DNA from: a virus
Taxonomy: Duplodnaviria > Caudoviricetes
Length of the DNA: 64,000 nt
Reading direction: 5' to 3' (one strand)
Virus record (IMG/VR): IMGVR_UViG_2600255075_000001
Span: 55,584-119,583 of that record
How positions within the stretch are numbered: the stretch's first letter is position 1; every line of letters begins with the position of its first letter. The position numbers were made by a program, and so were the translations under genes. Under the pieces are notes generated by a model. It saw only the letters and a program-made list of their open reading frames with translations, was not told where the DNA came from and did not search any database. Positions 46,973 to 58,394 of this stretch are shown here, piece after piece.

Positions 46973-49900
46973 ATGTCCAATGATCTAAGAATATTAATAT
47001 CTGCCGGACTTAATATTGGAAAGTCGACGAATGAAATTAATAATGCAGTAAAATTGCTTGAGAATAAAATAAATAATTTAAAACTAAATATTCAGATCGA
47101 TAAGAATCTTAGCAAGGGAATTCAAGACCTTATAGTTTCCGTTGAGAAAATGAAAAGTATAAGTCAAGATCAAAATAAGGTTGTCTCGGAATCTCAAGTG
47201 GTTCATAAACGCTTAGATGGGTCTGTTCAAACCCTAACTCAAAAAGTATTAAAAAATGGCGAAGTAATCAGTAAAACAAGAACGATTCATGATGAAAATA
47301 AACGAGCAATTCAGGACGAAGAGACTGCTACTAAAAAGCTAACTCAGGGCGTTGAGCAGCTTAATAAAGCAGAGCTCGACTCTATTAAAATCAGCAAAAA
47401 TAAAGCTGACAAGATAAATGGCTACACCGTTAAATCAACAGATGGGTATAAAACCACTACAAACCGTTTAGAATCAGACGGTTCAACTCTTATTAATTCT
47501 CAAGCAGTAACCAATTATAAGAAACAGCGTGAAGATTTAATTAAGGAGCAAGAGAGATTAAATAAGAAATCTGAGGAATTAGATCGTGCTCATTATTCAG
47601 CTCTAAAAGACGCTCGTAAGCGTGAAGAAGAGCTTGAGAAAACACACTATTTAGCACTACAGCAGAACCAAAAGCGCGACCAGGACTATCTACAATCAAA
47701 AGCTAATATGCAGAATAAACTTAATGATATTCAGCGTCGATTTGGGGCAGATTCAAATGTCAGCAATCAAATCGAGAATCTAAATAACCAACTCAGCAAT
47801 GTATCCTCAATTGGAAATTATAAAAATGCTTTAAGTAGTATCGATACTGAATTGAAGAAAGTTGTAACATCTGCGAAAACTGCCGGTTCAAACATTATGG
47901 GATTCGGACAACAATTTGCTGTAGCCATTCAGAGAATACCACTATGGATGGGCGCAATGACCGCCTTCTATTTCCCTCTTCGTCAATTTCAGGAAGGGCT
48001 AAAATCAATACTTGAAATTGATACGGCGCTCACAAATCTTAAGAAAGTAACTGATGAGACGACTGCAACATACGCTCAATTTGTTCGTGAGTCTGGTGAA
48101 ATTGCGAACTCTGTTGGTAACTTGACGGTAAATGTAATTCAATCTGCAACCGAATGGGCTAGACTTGGTTACAACATTCAGCAGGCTAAAGTCCTTGCTA
48201 AAGAGACGCTGGTTTACCAAAATGTCGGAGACATAAAGAGTGCAGAGGATGCCTCTAAATCGCTCATTTCCACAATTAAAGGCTTTGGTATGGAAGTTGA
48301 CTCTCAAGGTAAGAATGTAAGAAAAATTGTAGATATTTACAATGAAGTAGGCAATAAGTTTGCTATTTCAAGTGCGGGGATTGGCGAAGCAATGCGAAGA
48401 AGCGCGGCGAGTCTTTCCGAAGCAGGAAACACAATTGAACAAGCAGTCGCATTAGCAACTGGAGCGAATAGCACTATTCAAGATCCAGCGAGAGTCGGAC
48501 AGGCGCTTAAAACTATATCCATGAGATTACGCGGCATTTCCGAAGAAGGGGAAGATTTATCTAACCTTGTTCCCTCTTTAGAACAAAAATTTCAGTCAAT
48601 TGGTTTAACATTGCAAAAAGACGAAAATACGTTTAAGAGTACTTATGAAATATTCCAGGATCTATCTAAAGTTTGGGGTAAGCTCAGCGAATTTGAACGA
48701 AGTGACATCCTAGAGCTTGTTGCAGGCAAACTTCAAGGCAATATTGCTGCCTCCCTCATTTCTAATTTTAAAGATGCGGAAGGTGCTCTACAAGCGGGCC
48801 TAAATAGCTTTGGAAGTGCCGCTAAGGAAAATGAAACTTACCTTAAATCCATGCAGGGGCATATCGCTAAGTTGAAGAATGAGGCAACAAACTTCTGGCA
48901 AGGAGTAATGGACTCGGGGGCTTTGAATCAAATAATTGATCTGGGAACAAGTCTTATAGGAGTACTAAGAAGTGTAACAGATACCTTCGGAGGATTGGGC
49001 TCACTAGCAGGAGTTGCCACTGCTGCCCTAATCGCTTTTAATGTCTCCGTTAGAAGTAACACTGTTGGAGCGCTCAGCCAGAGCCTCGCTAATGCAGCCC
49101 TCCAATTTAAATCGCTATCCTGGTTTACAAATTTATATACAAGTTCAGCGGTTGGGGCTAGAGTTGCTACCATAGCTCTGCAGGCTACTATGACAATGGG
49201 TTTATCTATCGCTGTAGCAGGTTTAATCAGTGGATTAACTTCTCTTTACCAGGCTCACCAAAAAAATAAAGATATACAAGATCAAGTTAAAGCACAGAAT
49301 GAGCAGATTGCCGAATCATGGAACACGCAGCAGGATAAAATCCAACCATTATTGAGTCAGTATAGAGCCTTAAACGCTCTTACAAATGAAGGTAAGACAT
49401 TTAGTAGTCCAGATCAAGAACAAAAGTATCTACAAACTGTAAACGACCTTTCTACCCTACTCCCTAATTTAGTGGCTCGTATAGATGAAAAAGGTCAAAA
49501 GCATTTGCTTAATGCAGATGCCATTGAGAGGGAGCTAAAATACACAAAGGAATTAGCTCAACTTGAAAGACAAGGAAAAGTCGATAATGCCAAATCTGAC
49601 TTTTCCAGTACAATCGAAGAAATTGAAAAAGCTAAAAAATCGCTCAATAAATTAAAAGAAGATTTAGTCGGTGAGTATCTTTTTGTAAATAAAGACAACA
49701 TCAAAAATATATACGGCGATGTTAATGCTGTTCAAATCAAAATACTAAATAAAGAAAATGAGATTGCATTAAAAACAGATGTCCTAAAAAACAAAATGCA
49801 AACAGTTGTAGAGTCTTTCCTAAAGTTAAATAACATTGACATACCGGCAGAAGCAAGTAAAAATATTGCCACTGTAATTAAATCTTTAGATGTGTCAAAT

Positions 49901-52900
49901 TTTAAAGACTCTGAAAAAATGACTCAGACTGTTCAGAACTTCTCCTCTTTTCTAAAACTTTTAAAAGAAAATAGTGGTACTGAAGAGGCAAAAAATGCAT
50001 TCAACGCTTTAAAAGACACTCTTGGCTTAACGGATAGCCAAGTATCTTTGCTTAGAAGCAGTTTTGATTCGGCTAAGGGATCTCTTGATAGCGCAGCTAA
50101 TTCGGCTGTTAACCTGAATACTGTCTTTTCGAGCTTAACAGGAAACTATAAAGCGGCATCCGATCAAATAAAACCTTTAAATCAATTGATTGATGCGATG
50201 GGTAAAGGGAAAAAGATGACCGCAGACGAGGTTGCTCAGCTCTCATTTCAGGTTGAAGGTTTCACCGAAGCGATAATCGACGAAAACGGTCAAATCAAAA
50301 ATAACGTCGATGCTGTAATCAATCTTCGGGATGAGAAAATACAGGCTTATAAAGATCAAGAGCAAGGAATGATTGATAACCTCAATAAGCTTGAACAGAC
50401 CACTATTCAAGAGTTAAAGCTCTATGGTATACAGGTGGAAGGTATCAAATCTGTCGCCGAAGCCTTAGGGGAAATCTCTACAAAAAAGAGCCAAGTATCT
50501 GCTGATATTCGTCAAATGGGTAGAGAAAATGATATGGCTGGAGTCGAAGAGGCAACAAAAACTTTTGATGTTCTTTTTGATACCGAAGTGAAACTAGGCA
50601 AAATCGAAGCAATAAAGAAACGAATTGAAGGGTTGGCCAATACAACTAGGAGCGGTCTTGAACAGGTTGGTATGTCTGAGCCAGCAAAAGATAAGAAAGC
50701 TAAAGAGAAAAAAGCTAAAACAAAGTCCGAACCGTCCCCCTATGACGAATCGGAAAAGTATAAAATCAACGAATATGAGCGCGCTTTGCAGAGACTTGAC
50801 GATGAACTCAGGGAGTCCGAAGCAATCATCAATCGTTATCCTGACACGTCAAAGGATTATAGGGACGAGTTAACAAAACAAATTGAGATTCGGAAGAAGA
50901 TGCAGGCTCTCGCTCACAATGAGGCCGAACGCCTTCGTTCTGAAATTTCAGATGTTAAGAATAAAATCGCCGTAGGAAAACTTAATCAGAAACAGGAGAA
51001 CGACCTGCTTAAGCAACTTGAACAAAAAGAAAACAATCTTAGCCAACTCAGCAATAAATGGTGGGACTATCAAGTTGCGGTTGAAGCGACTCAGAAGAAG
51101 ATTACCGAAAGCATGGCTAAGTACAATAAAGAACAATTTGATATTTCTAAAAATTGGATCGATCAAGAGAAATATTATAAGCGGCTATCCTTAGACGATG
51201 AATTAGCTGCTTGGGAACGTGTTCAGGCTAGGTATGAGCAAGGTTCTGAAGAGCGGTTAAATGCGGATAAGGAAGTTTACCGCGTCAGGCAAGAACTCCT
51301 GTCCAAGTATGAGGAAGATTTCAACAAGGTAATGGAGAAAACTTCCCAAGCTACAGATGAAACGATCGAGAAGCTTCGGAAAAAGTTGGAGACAAAGGAA
51401 ACGTTCAATCCAAGTGAACTAACGGATTCAGTAGATGCTATCATGGCAAGTATCGATATGATTGACAGGAAATATCCGAACGGATTCTCCCCTATTGATA
51501 CATCCGACGATGCCAGAGTAAGATTGAATGCTTATAAGGCTAATGTTACCGCTCTCGCATCCAACATGAAAAGCATGATGGAGATGCCATACAATAACGC
51601 AGATCAACTTAAAAATATGATTGATGGACAGATCATGTTTGCTGGAAATATCAAAAAGCTTATGAATGAAACGAATAGTCTTATTAAGCAAACTGAAACG
51701 GCCTACCGTATGCAAGAGGCATCGTTAGAAAATCAAATCAAACTGCATCAGCAAAGAAACGATAAAATTATTGAAGGTTTGAACAAGGCGCTTGAAGTCA
51801 AGGATACCTTTAATACAACTGACTTTAGTACTTCTATCAACTCCATTCTGTCTGCTTTAGATGCATTAGATGGTAAGTATGTTAAAGGTAATTTCGTTGA
51901 ATCCACTCTGGGTACACGGGAAGACTTAGAATCGTATAAGAAGAAAGTTACCGAGATAGCTGAAGCCATTAAGAATTATCAAAACAGTGCTGACTTCTCA
52001 TCCTCCTCAATTACAGAGCAGACTAAATATATTAATGGGTTGAAGACTCAAATTGATTCGCTTAACGACTCCATCCGAGTCAAAGAGCTTCAGTACAAAA
52101 ATGAAGAAGAAGCGCTTGTCCAGTTAATCAAAGCAAAAGAGAAATCTTATGACGATGAAATCAATAAGCAGAAAGAAACATTAAAGAATCTTGATGAGCA
52201 GATTGATAAAGAGGATCGCTTAAAGAAACTCAAAGATATCAATGACGAGCTTGATAAGGTTAAGAATGATAAGCGCTTTTCTTATATTAATGCCGATGGC
52301 AAGGAAATACTCACCTATGATAAAGGGAAGGTTGCTGAATTAGAGAAGCAGCGCGACGATCTTCTAAAGCAGTATGAGCGCGAAGATGTAAAGAAAGCTC
52401 TCCAAGATAGCATTGATCAACTAGAAAAGACCAAAAATGAAACTATTCAGAAACTGCAAGAACAGCTAGATAAAACTAAAGTTATTCATCAGAATGAACT
52501 TGAGTCACAGAAGCTTTATGTGAAGAGTTTAGAGGATCTGTATCGGATTGGTTTACAGGATGTACAGAACAAAATTGGTCAGTTAAAATCGCAATATGAT
52601 ACTGAAATTGCAAATGAACAGGCGCGATTAGATACGCTTAGACAGGTTCATCAATCCGAACTAGACAGCATGAATATGTATGCCGGTTATCTGTCGCAAC
52701 TAAATCAATTTCTTACTCAGGATACCCAAACAAAGATAGATGCTCTTAAAACCATTTATGACAAAGAAGCTGAAGATCTAAAAACACATCTTAAAGAGAT
52801 GGTTGAGAATACAGAAGCAGGTAAGATGGCGTTTCATAAAGTATTAGATGAATATAAAAACGGCGCCATATCAAGACTTGATTCAATGGTGTCGGCAGCT

Positions 52901-53299
52901 CAAGACAGGCTTCGGCAAATGCAGGCTATTATGGCGGCTATGGCATCCATGTCTGGTGGCGCAACCCCATCCTCTTCGAGCATTCCTAAATATCACACAG
53001 GTGGAACCGCTGGGCTTCCCCCTCTTGCCAATAATGAAGTCCCGGCAATCCTGAAACTTGGAGAGCAAGTATTCACACAGGATCACATAGCTAAACTAAA
53101 AAGTATCATTATGCAGCCAATTAATTTTGTTGGAAGCATTTTGGGAAATGTACGTAATGCTATTCCCGATTCTCCAATTAGAAACAATCAAGAAACCGCC
53201 GTACCAACATACAACTTGTCCAATTTTACAATTCAAGCTAATAACCCAACTGAGTTGTTTAGCGGATTGAATAACTTAATTAAATCAAATAGAACTTAA
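46973..53299 (+). CDS. tape measure protein (TP901-type core)
   Basis: About 2100 aa coiled coil, EIDTALTNLKKVTD / NEVGNKFAISS core, C-terminal YHTGG; ATG 46973 after GGAGG. Confidence 0.92.
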   Translation: MSNDLRILISAGLNIGKSTNEINNAVKLLENKINNLKLNIQIDKNLSKGIQDLIVSVEKMKSISQDQNKVVSESQVVHKRLDGSVQTLTQKVLKNGEVISKTRTIHDENKRAIQDEETATKKLTQGVEQLNKAELDSIKISKNKADKINGYTVKSTDGYKTTTNRLESDGSTLINSQAVTNYKKQREDLIKEQERLNKKSEELDRAHYSALKDARKREEELEKTHYLALQQNQKRDQDYLQSKANMQNKLNDIQRRFGADSNVSNQIENLNNQLSNVSSIGNYKNALSSIDTELKKVVTSAKTAGSNIMGFGQQFAVAIQRIPLWMGAMTAFYFPLRQFQEGLKSILEIDTALTNLKKVTDETTATYAQFVRESGEIANSVGNLTVNVIQSATEWARLGYNIQQAKVLAKETLVYQNVGDIKSAEDASKSLISTIKGFGMEVDSQGKNVRKIVDIYNEVGNKFAISSAGIGEAMRRSAASLSEAGNTIEQAVALATGANSTIQDPARVGQALKTISMRLRGISEEGEDLSNLVPSLEQKFQSIGLTLQKDENTFKSTYEIFQDLSKVWGKLSEFERSDILELVAGKLQGNIAASLISNFKDAEGALQAGLNSFGSAAKENETYLKSMQGHIAKLKNEATNFWQGVMDSGALNQIIDLGTSLIGVLRSVTDTFGGLGSLAGVATAALIAFNVSVRSNTVGALSQSLANAALQFKSLSWFTNLYTSSAVGARVATIALQATMTMGLSIAVAGLISGLTSLYQAHQKNKDIQDQVKAQNEQIAESWNTQQDKIQPLLSQYRALNALTNEGKTFSSPDQEQKYLQTVNDLSTLLPNLVARIDEKGQKHLLNADAIERELKYTKELAQLERQGKVDNAKSDFSSTIEEIEKAKKSLNKLKEDLVGEYLFVNKDNIKNIYGDVNAVQIKILNKENEIALKTDVLKNKMQTVVESFLKLNNIDIPAEASKNIATVIKSLDVSNFKDSEKMTQTVQNFSSFLKLLKENSGTEEAKNAFNALKDTLGLTDSQVSLLRSSFDSAKGSLDSAANSAVNLNTVFSSLTGNYKAASDQIKPLNQLIDAMGKGKKMTADEVAQLSFQVEGFTEAIIDENGQIKNNVDAVINLRDEKIQAYKDQEQGMIDNLNKLEQTTIQELKLYGIQVEGIKSVAEALGEISTKKSQVSADIRQMGRENDMAGVEEATKTFDVLFDTEVKLGKIEAIKKRIEGLANTTRSGLEQVGMSEPAKDKKAKEKKAKTKSEPSPYDESEKYKINEYERALQRLDDELRESEAIINRYPDTSKDYRDELTKQIEIRKKMQALAHNEAERLRSEISDVKNKIAVGKLNQKQENDLLKQLEQKENNLSQLSNKWWDYQVAVEATQKKITESMAKYNKEQFDISKNWIDQEKYYKRLSLDDELAAWERVQARYEQGSEERLNADKEVYRVRQELLSKYEEDFNKVMEKTSQATDETIEKLRKKLETKETFNPSELTDSVDAIMASIDMIDRKYPNGFSPIDTSDDARVRLNAYKANVTALASNMKSMMEMPYNNADQLKNMIDGQIMFAGNIKKLMNETNSLIKQTETAYRMQEASLENQIKLHQQRNDKIIEGLNKALEVKDTFNTTDFSTSINSILSALDALDGKYVKGNFVESTLGTREDLESYKKKVTEIAEAIKNYQNSADFSSSSITEQTKYINGLKTQIDSLNDSIRVKELQYKNEEEALVQLIKAKEKSYDDEINKQKETLKNLDEQIDKEDRLKKLKDINDELDKVKNDKRFSYINADGKEILTYDKGKVAELEKQRDDLLKQYEREDVKKALQDSIDQLEKTKNETIQKLQEQLDKTKVIHQNELESQKLYVKSLEDLYRIGLQDVQNKIGQLKSQYDTEIANEQARLDTLRQVHQSELDSMNMYAGYLSQLNQFLTQDTQTKIDALKTIYDKEAEDLKTHLKEMVENTEAGKMAFHKVLDEYKNGAISRLDSMVSAAQDRLRQMQAIMAAMASMSGGATPSSSSIPKYHTGGTAGLPPLANNEVPAILKLGEQVFTQDHIAKLKSIIMQPINFVGSILGNVRNAIPDSPIRNNQETAVPTYNLSNFTIQANNPTELFSGLNNLIKSNRT

Positions 53300-53301
53300 T
53301 G

Positions 53302-53331
53302 AAGAGAGGTTTCGGCCTCTCTTTCTTTTTT
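53302..53331 (+). terminator. intrinsic terminator
   Basis: AAGAGAGG-TTTCGG-CCTCTCTT plus T-run. Confidence 0.7.
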
Positions 53332-53344
53332 ATGGAGGTGAATT

Positions 53345-54199
53345 ATGACAATTATCGGATACGATTTTTATGGTACGCAATTTTTCCGCAGTCCAGGAAA
53401 CGCAATAAAAGACATCTTTTATGGTGAAATTAAAGGCGGAATTTATGATGAATTAGAGATTAGAGACCGCACAGATACGCCAACTGATAAAGGTAAAACC
53501 AAATGGGAGATTGACCATCGAGCGATATTTAAATTCGCTGGAGACCTGGAAGGCGGTAATATATCTAATAGTGGTCTAGAGATTGTATCCTTTGCAATTA
53601 AGCGCCGAAGAGTCAATGAAATTGATTCTGTTACCCTTGATCATATTCCTTTTGTAAATAATCTCAGCATCAACTACGAAGATTACACGCAACCAAATGA
53701 TGAGCTAATTTATACAATCGTTCCTATCGCCCAAAATGATTTGGGAGGAAAGCCGGTTGAAGTCCATGTAAAATCCGATTTTGTTGGCTGGTGGTTAGTT
53801 GATAAAGAAACAGACGCAATACTCGGATTTGATTCGGCTATTGGAGAAATCGGTAGTGTCGAAACAGCTTTAAATCAAGGCAGAACGGTAATTGAAACAC
53901 TCTCTCGATTCCCTTCTGTATATTATTTCGATAAGGATTATCACACTTTTTCTCTAAGCACCGCAATTATTCCAAGTGAGTTCGAACGTTCTGGCCAGAA
54001 CTATGAGAAGATTGTGAATACGTTTATTCGCGACCATCGTCCTTTTATCGTTAAATCTGATACAGGTAGAATCTTTGTCTGCGACTGTAGTAATCCGAGG
54101 TTTAGTACGCCGCTAAATACATGGAGAGATTATGATTATGGAGTTTTAACGATTGATTTCTTAGAAATTCAAGACTACAACGAATTTATGAATGAGTAA
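53345..54199 (+). CDS. putative distal tail protein
   Basis: First gene after TMP. Confidence 0.6.
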   Translation: MTIIGYDFYGTQFFRSPGNAIKDIFYGEIKGGIYDELEIRDRTDTPTDKGKTKWEIDHRAIFKFAGDLEGGNISNSGLEIVSFAIKRRRVNEIDSVTLDHIPFVNNLSINYEDYTQPNDELIYTIVPIAQNDLGGKPVEVHVKSDFVGWWLVDKETDAILGFDSAIGEIGSVETALNQGRTVIETLSRFPSVYYFDKDYHTFSLSTAIIPSEFERSGQNYEKIVNTFIRDHRPFIVKSDTGRIFVCDCSNPRFSTPLNTWRDYDYGVLTIDFLEIQDYNEFMNE

Positions 54200-54210
54200 G
54201 AAGGTGAAAA

Positions 54211-55389
54211 ATGCAATATTGCTCATCTGAATATTTGGCTGCTTTAAAAAGCCCAATCAAACAAATGTATTTGAAATTTGAATTTTATGATTCTCAAATG
54301 AATTACATTAGCGAGTTTACAAAGCAAATCACGGCTCAAGATTCTGGTTCCATTTCTGTTGATGCTTCTCGTCCAGTTAGACGTAGTTTCTCCTTCAAGT
54401 TATTGAACAAGAAAAACGAGTTTAACTTTGGTGAAGATAATCTTATTTGGATTGATAAACGAGTCAAAGTGTATACAGGTCTAAAGCTTAGGACTGGCGA
54501 GGTTGAGTACATTCCACAAGGAGTATTTGTCCTGTCTGAGCCTGAAGATAGTCATACATCAGAAGGTAAACTAACTAGCCTATCGGGTATGGATAAAATG
54601 TTTCTTTGTACGGATAAGCGAGGGAAGTTTAGAACAGAAACTACAATTGAAGTTGGTGGAAATATTGGAGCTATCATAAAACTATTGGCTCAAAAATATG
54701 GCGAAACCCAATTTAACTTTGACCCTATCTCAGAAACTATTCCATACACGTTTACTTTTCAACCGAGCGACAATATTTATAAAGCAATGTCTGATCTGGC
54801 TCTACTTGCTAAGTGTGAGCTTTTTTATGATGTAAACGGGTATCTTAGGTTGCGCAAGATCGATCTGAATCAATTTGAACAATCGCCATCAGTTTGGAGA
54901 TACACCTACGGCGATCTGAGTGAACGGTTTTATGCGGGGAACGTGAGAAAGTTTGATGAAAATCAATTAGCTAATCGAATATTGGTTTTAGGGGGATCGA
55001 GCCAAATTGCTGAGAGCAGATTTGAGTTAGTCGTTACAGAAGCCGATCCACTTTGGCAAGGCCACCCCTATTCCATTGAGAAGATTGGAGAAATTACCTA
55101 TGAGCACAACAGCGGCAATCCGGACAGTCTTCTCTCAACGAACGAAGAATGTAAATGGAGAGCTAAATATGAACTTATGAATCGGCTTGGTTATGCAGAA
55201 AGAGTCTCTTTATCGCTTAGTCCAAATTATCTTCATGATGTAAATGATGTTATCGAGATAGAGGACGAAGAAAACTCTGTTACGGGAAAATATCTTATCC
55301 GTAGTTTCTCGCTACCTCTAAATCCTCAATTAATGAATTGTGAATGCATGAAGTATCGCCGCGTCATAACCGATTGGAATTTCATCTAA
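54211..55389 (+). CDS. baseplate hub/Tal-like protein
   Basis: FYDVNGYLRL and LDVNDVIEI-type motifs, position. Confidence 0.7.
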   Translation: MQYCSSEYLAALKSPIKQMYLKFEFYDSQMNYISEFTKQITAQDSGSISVDASRPVRRSFSFKLLNKKNEFNFGEDNLIWIDKRVKVYTGLKLRTGEVEYIPQGVFVLSEPEDSHTSEGKLTSLSGMDKMFLCTDKRGKFRTETTIEVGGNIGAIIKLLAQKYGETQFNFDPISETIPYTFTFQPSDNIYKAMSDLALLAKCELFYDVNGYLRLRKIDLNQFEQSPSVWRYTYGDLSERFYAGNVRKFDENQLANRILVLGGSSQIAESRFELVVTEADPLWQGHPYSIEKIGEITYEHNSGNPDSLLSTNEECKWRAKYELMNRLGYAERVSLSLSPNYLHDVNDVIEIEDEENSVTGKYLIRSFSLPLNPQLMNCECMKYRRVITDWNFI

Positions 55390-55401
55390 GGAGGTGATCG
55401 G

Positions 55402-56745
55402 TTGACGAATGAAGATTTTATAAAAGCAGTTAGGCAGATTGTGCAGCTTGAATTAAAAGAAATGAAACTCTTAAATGGTCATTGGCATTTAGGAACTGTA
55501 AACAAGGTAAAAACTAAAACGTTGCTCTCGATTAATATTGATGGTTCATCTCAGACTCAAGATGTCCCTTGTAACCCAGATGTAATTTTTAATGACGGAG
55601 ATCTTGTATACGTTGTTTATGTAAACGGTGACTCTAAAAGCAAATTTGTACCCTACAAAAGATTTGCAGACAAAAATTATGAAACGATGGTTTTGGCGAA
55701 TAAAGTTTTAGGCAATTTGGCAATTGGATCAAAAGAGGATTTCACCAAAAATGCACCGTTTAACTTTACCGTCATTGAAGGTATTCGGGGCGGTGTAGAA
55801 TACTCAGAATTATGGATACTAATTAACGCTCACTACGATTTTGAGGCAAAAAGATTCAAAAGGAAGAACATAAATTACAACTCTTTCGGTCTGCAATTTC
55901 AGAACAAAGGGACGTATCCAGGAGAAGAAAATTACGGCGACTATACAAATCAAAGTATAGGAATCTGGAGAACTAGTGGAAGAAATCAATATTCACAAAA
56001 CGATCCTACCAGAAATTTAGTCGGTGAGGAAATTGGTGCATTTGACGGAAACGGGAAATGGCAAGAGTTTGGAATTATGCTTGGCTGGAACAACACATTT
56101 ATGTTCGACTCTTATGGTGGAACTACTGTAGGTGGAGCAGGCTTTGAAATCGACGGAAATGGTACTAGTCCATATAAACGGGTGTCGCTTGGAAAGTTTA
56201 ATGGTGGAAGTCTGGACTCAAACAAGAAATACGAAGAATATGGATATGCTTATAACGGAGATTTGTGGAATTCGTTTCATGGGATGTTTGGAAGTGACCA
56301 GGGTAACAGAAACAGCTCTTTCTTTGGTCAAATATGCCCTATCGACTTCTATGACACAGGGCAATTCAATCCGTATTCCAATCAAGCCTCAATGGATAAC
56401 TTACGACTCGCATGGATAGTAAAACCCAAAAATTTAGGACATCAAATTGAAAATTGGAAAGATATTATGTCCGTAGACATGGACGGCAACATGAAATTAA
56501 AAGAAAGAACTGTTTCAGCTACTCTGGTAGCAAATGCAACTGTTAACGGAACAGACTTTAATTTTAACTATCCCGACTCAACATGGAATAAGAGTAACAC
56601 ATTTATAGCAGGTGTAATTGGTGTTCAATCCAACGGTTCACTTAAACAATTTGGTGCAATAAATGCCACATTCACCGACTTTGGCGCTTATGGTTATCTA
56701 GGTGAAGGTTTTCAATCTGCGAAGATTCTTATATCCAAATACTAA
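55402..56745 (+). CDS. tail spike/central fiber-like protein
   Basis: OB-fold-like N-terminus (GDLVYVVYVNG), G/N-rich C-terminus. Confidence 0.55.
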   Translation: MTNEDFIKAVRQIVQLELKEMKLLNGHWHLGTVNKVKTKTLLSINIDGSSQTQDVPCNPDVIFNDGDLVYVVYVNGDSKSKFVPYKRFADKNYETMVLANKVLGNLAIGSKEDFTKNAPFNFTVIEGIRGGVEYSELWILINAHYDFEAKRFKRKNINYNSFGLQFQNKGTYPGEENYGDYTNQSIGIWRTSGRNQYSQNDPTRNLVGEEIGAFDGNGKWQEFGIMLGWNNTFMFDSYGGTTVGGAGFEIDGNGTSPYKRVSLGKFNGGSLDSNKKYEEYGYAYNGDLWNSFHGMFGSDQGNRNSSFFGQICPIDFYDTGQFNPYSNQASMDNLRLAWIVKPKNLGHQIENWKDIMSVDMDGNMKLKERTVSATLVANATVNGTDFNFNYPDSTWNKSNTFIAGVIGVQSNGSLKQFGAINATFTDFGAYGYLGEGFQSAKILISKY

Positions 56746-56763
56746 AAGAAATGAGGTGATTTA

Positions 56764-57771
56764 TTGGCCACACAAAAACCCTATAACATTAATTTAAAGG
56801 GTACAACTGTTGATGCAAAAGATTCGATTAAAGTATCTTGGCAAAGTTCAGGTGACATGAGTGTAGCTTTTGAGGTTCGGATTTATAGAAATCAAGATAA
56901 CAATCTGCTCTATGATAGTGGTCGAATAACATCGTTTGCGAAGAACTATTCCCTTCCAGCATTTGCTTTGCCAAATGGATACGAATTGAAAGTTCAAGTC
57001 ACGATATGGGATTCTGGTAATAACTTTGCAGTCTCGGACACAGAGATATTCCAAACATCGTCTAGGCCGAATGTTTTAGTATCTCCAATTGGAGTTGTGA
57101 ATTCTCGGTCCTACGAGTTTTCGGCTAGTTACACTCAGACTGAAAACGTTCCATTCAGATCATGGATTGCGTTCTTATATGACAAAGATAAAACGCTAAT
57201 TAGTCAATCTAACGTTAGGACATCGACCCCTCTAGTTTATTTAATTAATTACTTAAAAAGCGGTTCATCCTATTTTATTGAGTTCCAGGCAACAAGTAAC
57301 AAAGGTTCCGTTGGCACTAGTGGTCTGATCCCCTTCTCGGTCAGTTATCTGCAGCCCGACATTAGCATTAATCTTGAAGCGAAGAACATTAAGAATTCCG
57401 GAATCCAATTGTCGTGGAAAACTATTCAGATTATCGGAAATACCACTAAACAGCCCATTTATTTGAATGGTGAGAAACTGGATCTACGCGATGATGTTTT
57501 TACATTTACAGATGGATTTCATGTGGATGCAAATTTTACTCTAAAGTTATGGTTAGAGAACATAAAGTCATACACAGATTTGTTAGTTCTAAAAGGACAG
57601 AACGGTATTATGACTCTGCAATATTGGGATGATGACCAACGATTTCACCTATTCAGAGAAGTTTACAATTACCGTTCGCATTACTCCAGCCAGCCGCTAA
57701 CCGGCAATGGCTATTTTTTATGCATTCAACAGATTGGCGGAGACATGAATATATTTGGTGAGGTGAATTAG
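56764..57771 (+). CDS. tail/baseplate protein with Fn3-like beta domains
   Basis: VSWQ / LSWK Fn3-like patterns, position. Confidence 0.55.
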   Translation: MATQKPYNINLKGTTVDAKDSIKVSWQSSGDMSVAFEVRIYRNQDNNLLYDSGRITSFAKNYSLPAFALPNGYELKVQVTIWDSGNNFAVSDTEIFQTSSRPNVLVSPIGVVNSRSYEFSASYTQTENVPFRSWIAFLYDKDKTLISQSNVRTSTPLVYLINYLKSGSSYFIEFQATSNKGSVGTSGLIPFSVSYLQPDISINLEAKNIKNSGIQLSWKTIQIIGNTTKQPIYLNGEKLDLRDDVFTFTDGFHVDANFTLKLWLENIKSYTDLLVLKGQNGIMTLQYWDDDQRFHLFREVYNYRSHYSSQPLTGNGYFLCIQQIGGDMNIFGEVN

Positions 57772-57775
57772 AAAT

Positions 57776-58393
57776 ATGGCAGTTAATCTATCGACCTTTC
57801 CTGTTAAAATTGATGAGTTTCAGCGTCATTATGAGTTGCAAGCTCAAGATATTCCAGGGATACAAAGATTTCAGGAATTAAAGCTAAAAGCCAATCGCAC
57901 TCCTGCGGAAGAGACTGAACTGGCTAATTTAACTGTACAGTATCGGGAAAAGTTTATTTCAGCGGATGATTTTAACAGGTTCCAAGATGCCTTGGTTAAC
58001 ATGGAGATATTCATTAAAGATAATGTCGAAGGTTATATCTTAACCAAGCAAGGGGAGTTTACAACCTATGTCGATGCAGCCAAAAATACTGTTCAAGCAA
58101 CAAAGGACTCGGCTCTACAAACCATTGAGCAAAAAAAAGAGAACGTAATCACCTACCTTGATGGAACTACAGCAGGAGCTTTAAGAAACGATATTGGTGT
58201 CATGGGAGATTTGGAGACAATTAATAAACAATCTCTTGTTAAAGTGGCCAATGAGCTCCGATCTGACAATATAAAAGTAGACAATAAAATCGGTATTTTA
58301 TCGGGGTTAAATTCCACTGATCAAAGCAATATTGTAAAAGCAATTAATGAAATCAAGTCTAATTTAGAGATTGCTTATTGGATGGGGGTATAA
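57776..58393 (+). CDS. tail fiber/baseplate arm protein
   Basis: STFP..ID start, IG.L..L.T..K..LV.AINE repeats. Confidence 0.65.
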   Translation: MAVNLSTFPVKIDEFQRHYELQAQDIPGIQRFQELKLKANRTPAEETELANLTVQYREKFISADDFNRFQDALVNMEIFIKDNVEGYILTKQGEFTTYVDAAKNTVQATKDSALQTIEQKKENVITYLDGTTAGALRNDIGVMGDLETINKQSLVKVANELRSDNIKVDNKIGILSGLNSTDQSNIVKAINEIKSNLEIAYWMGV

Positions 58394-58394
58394 A

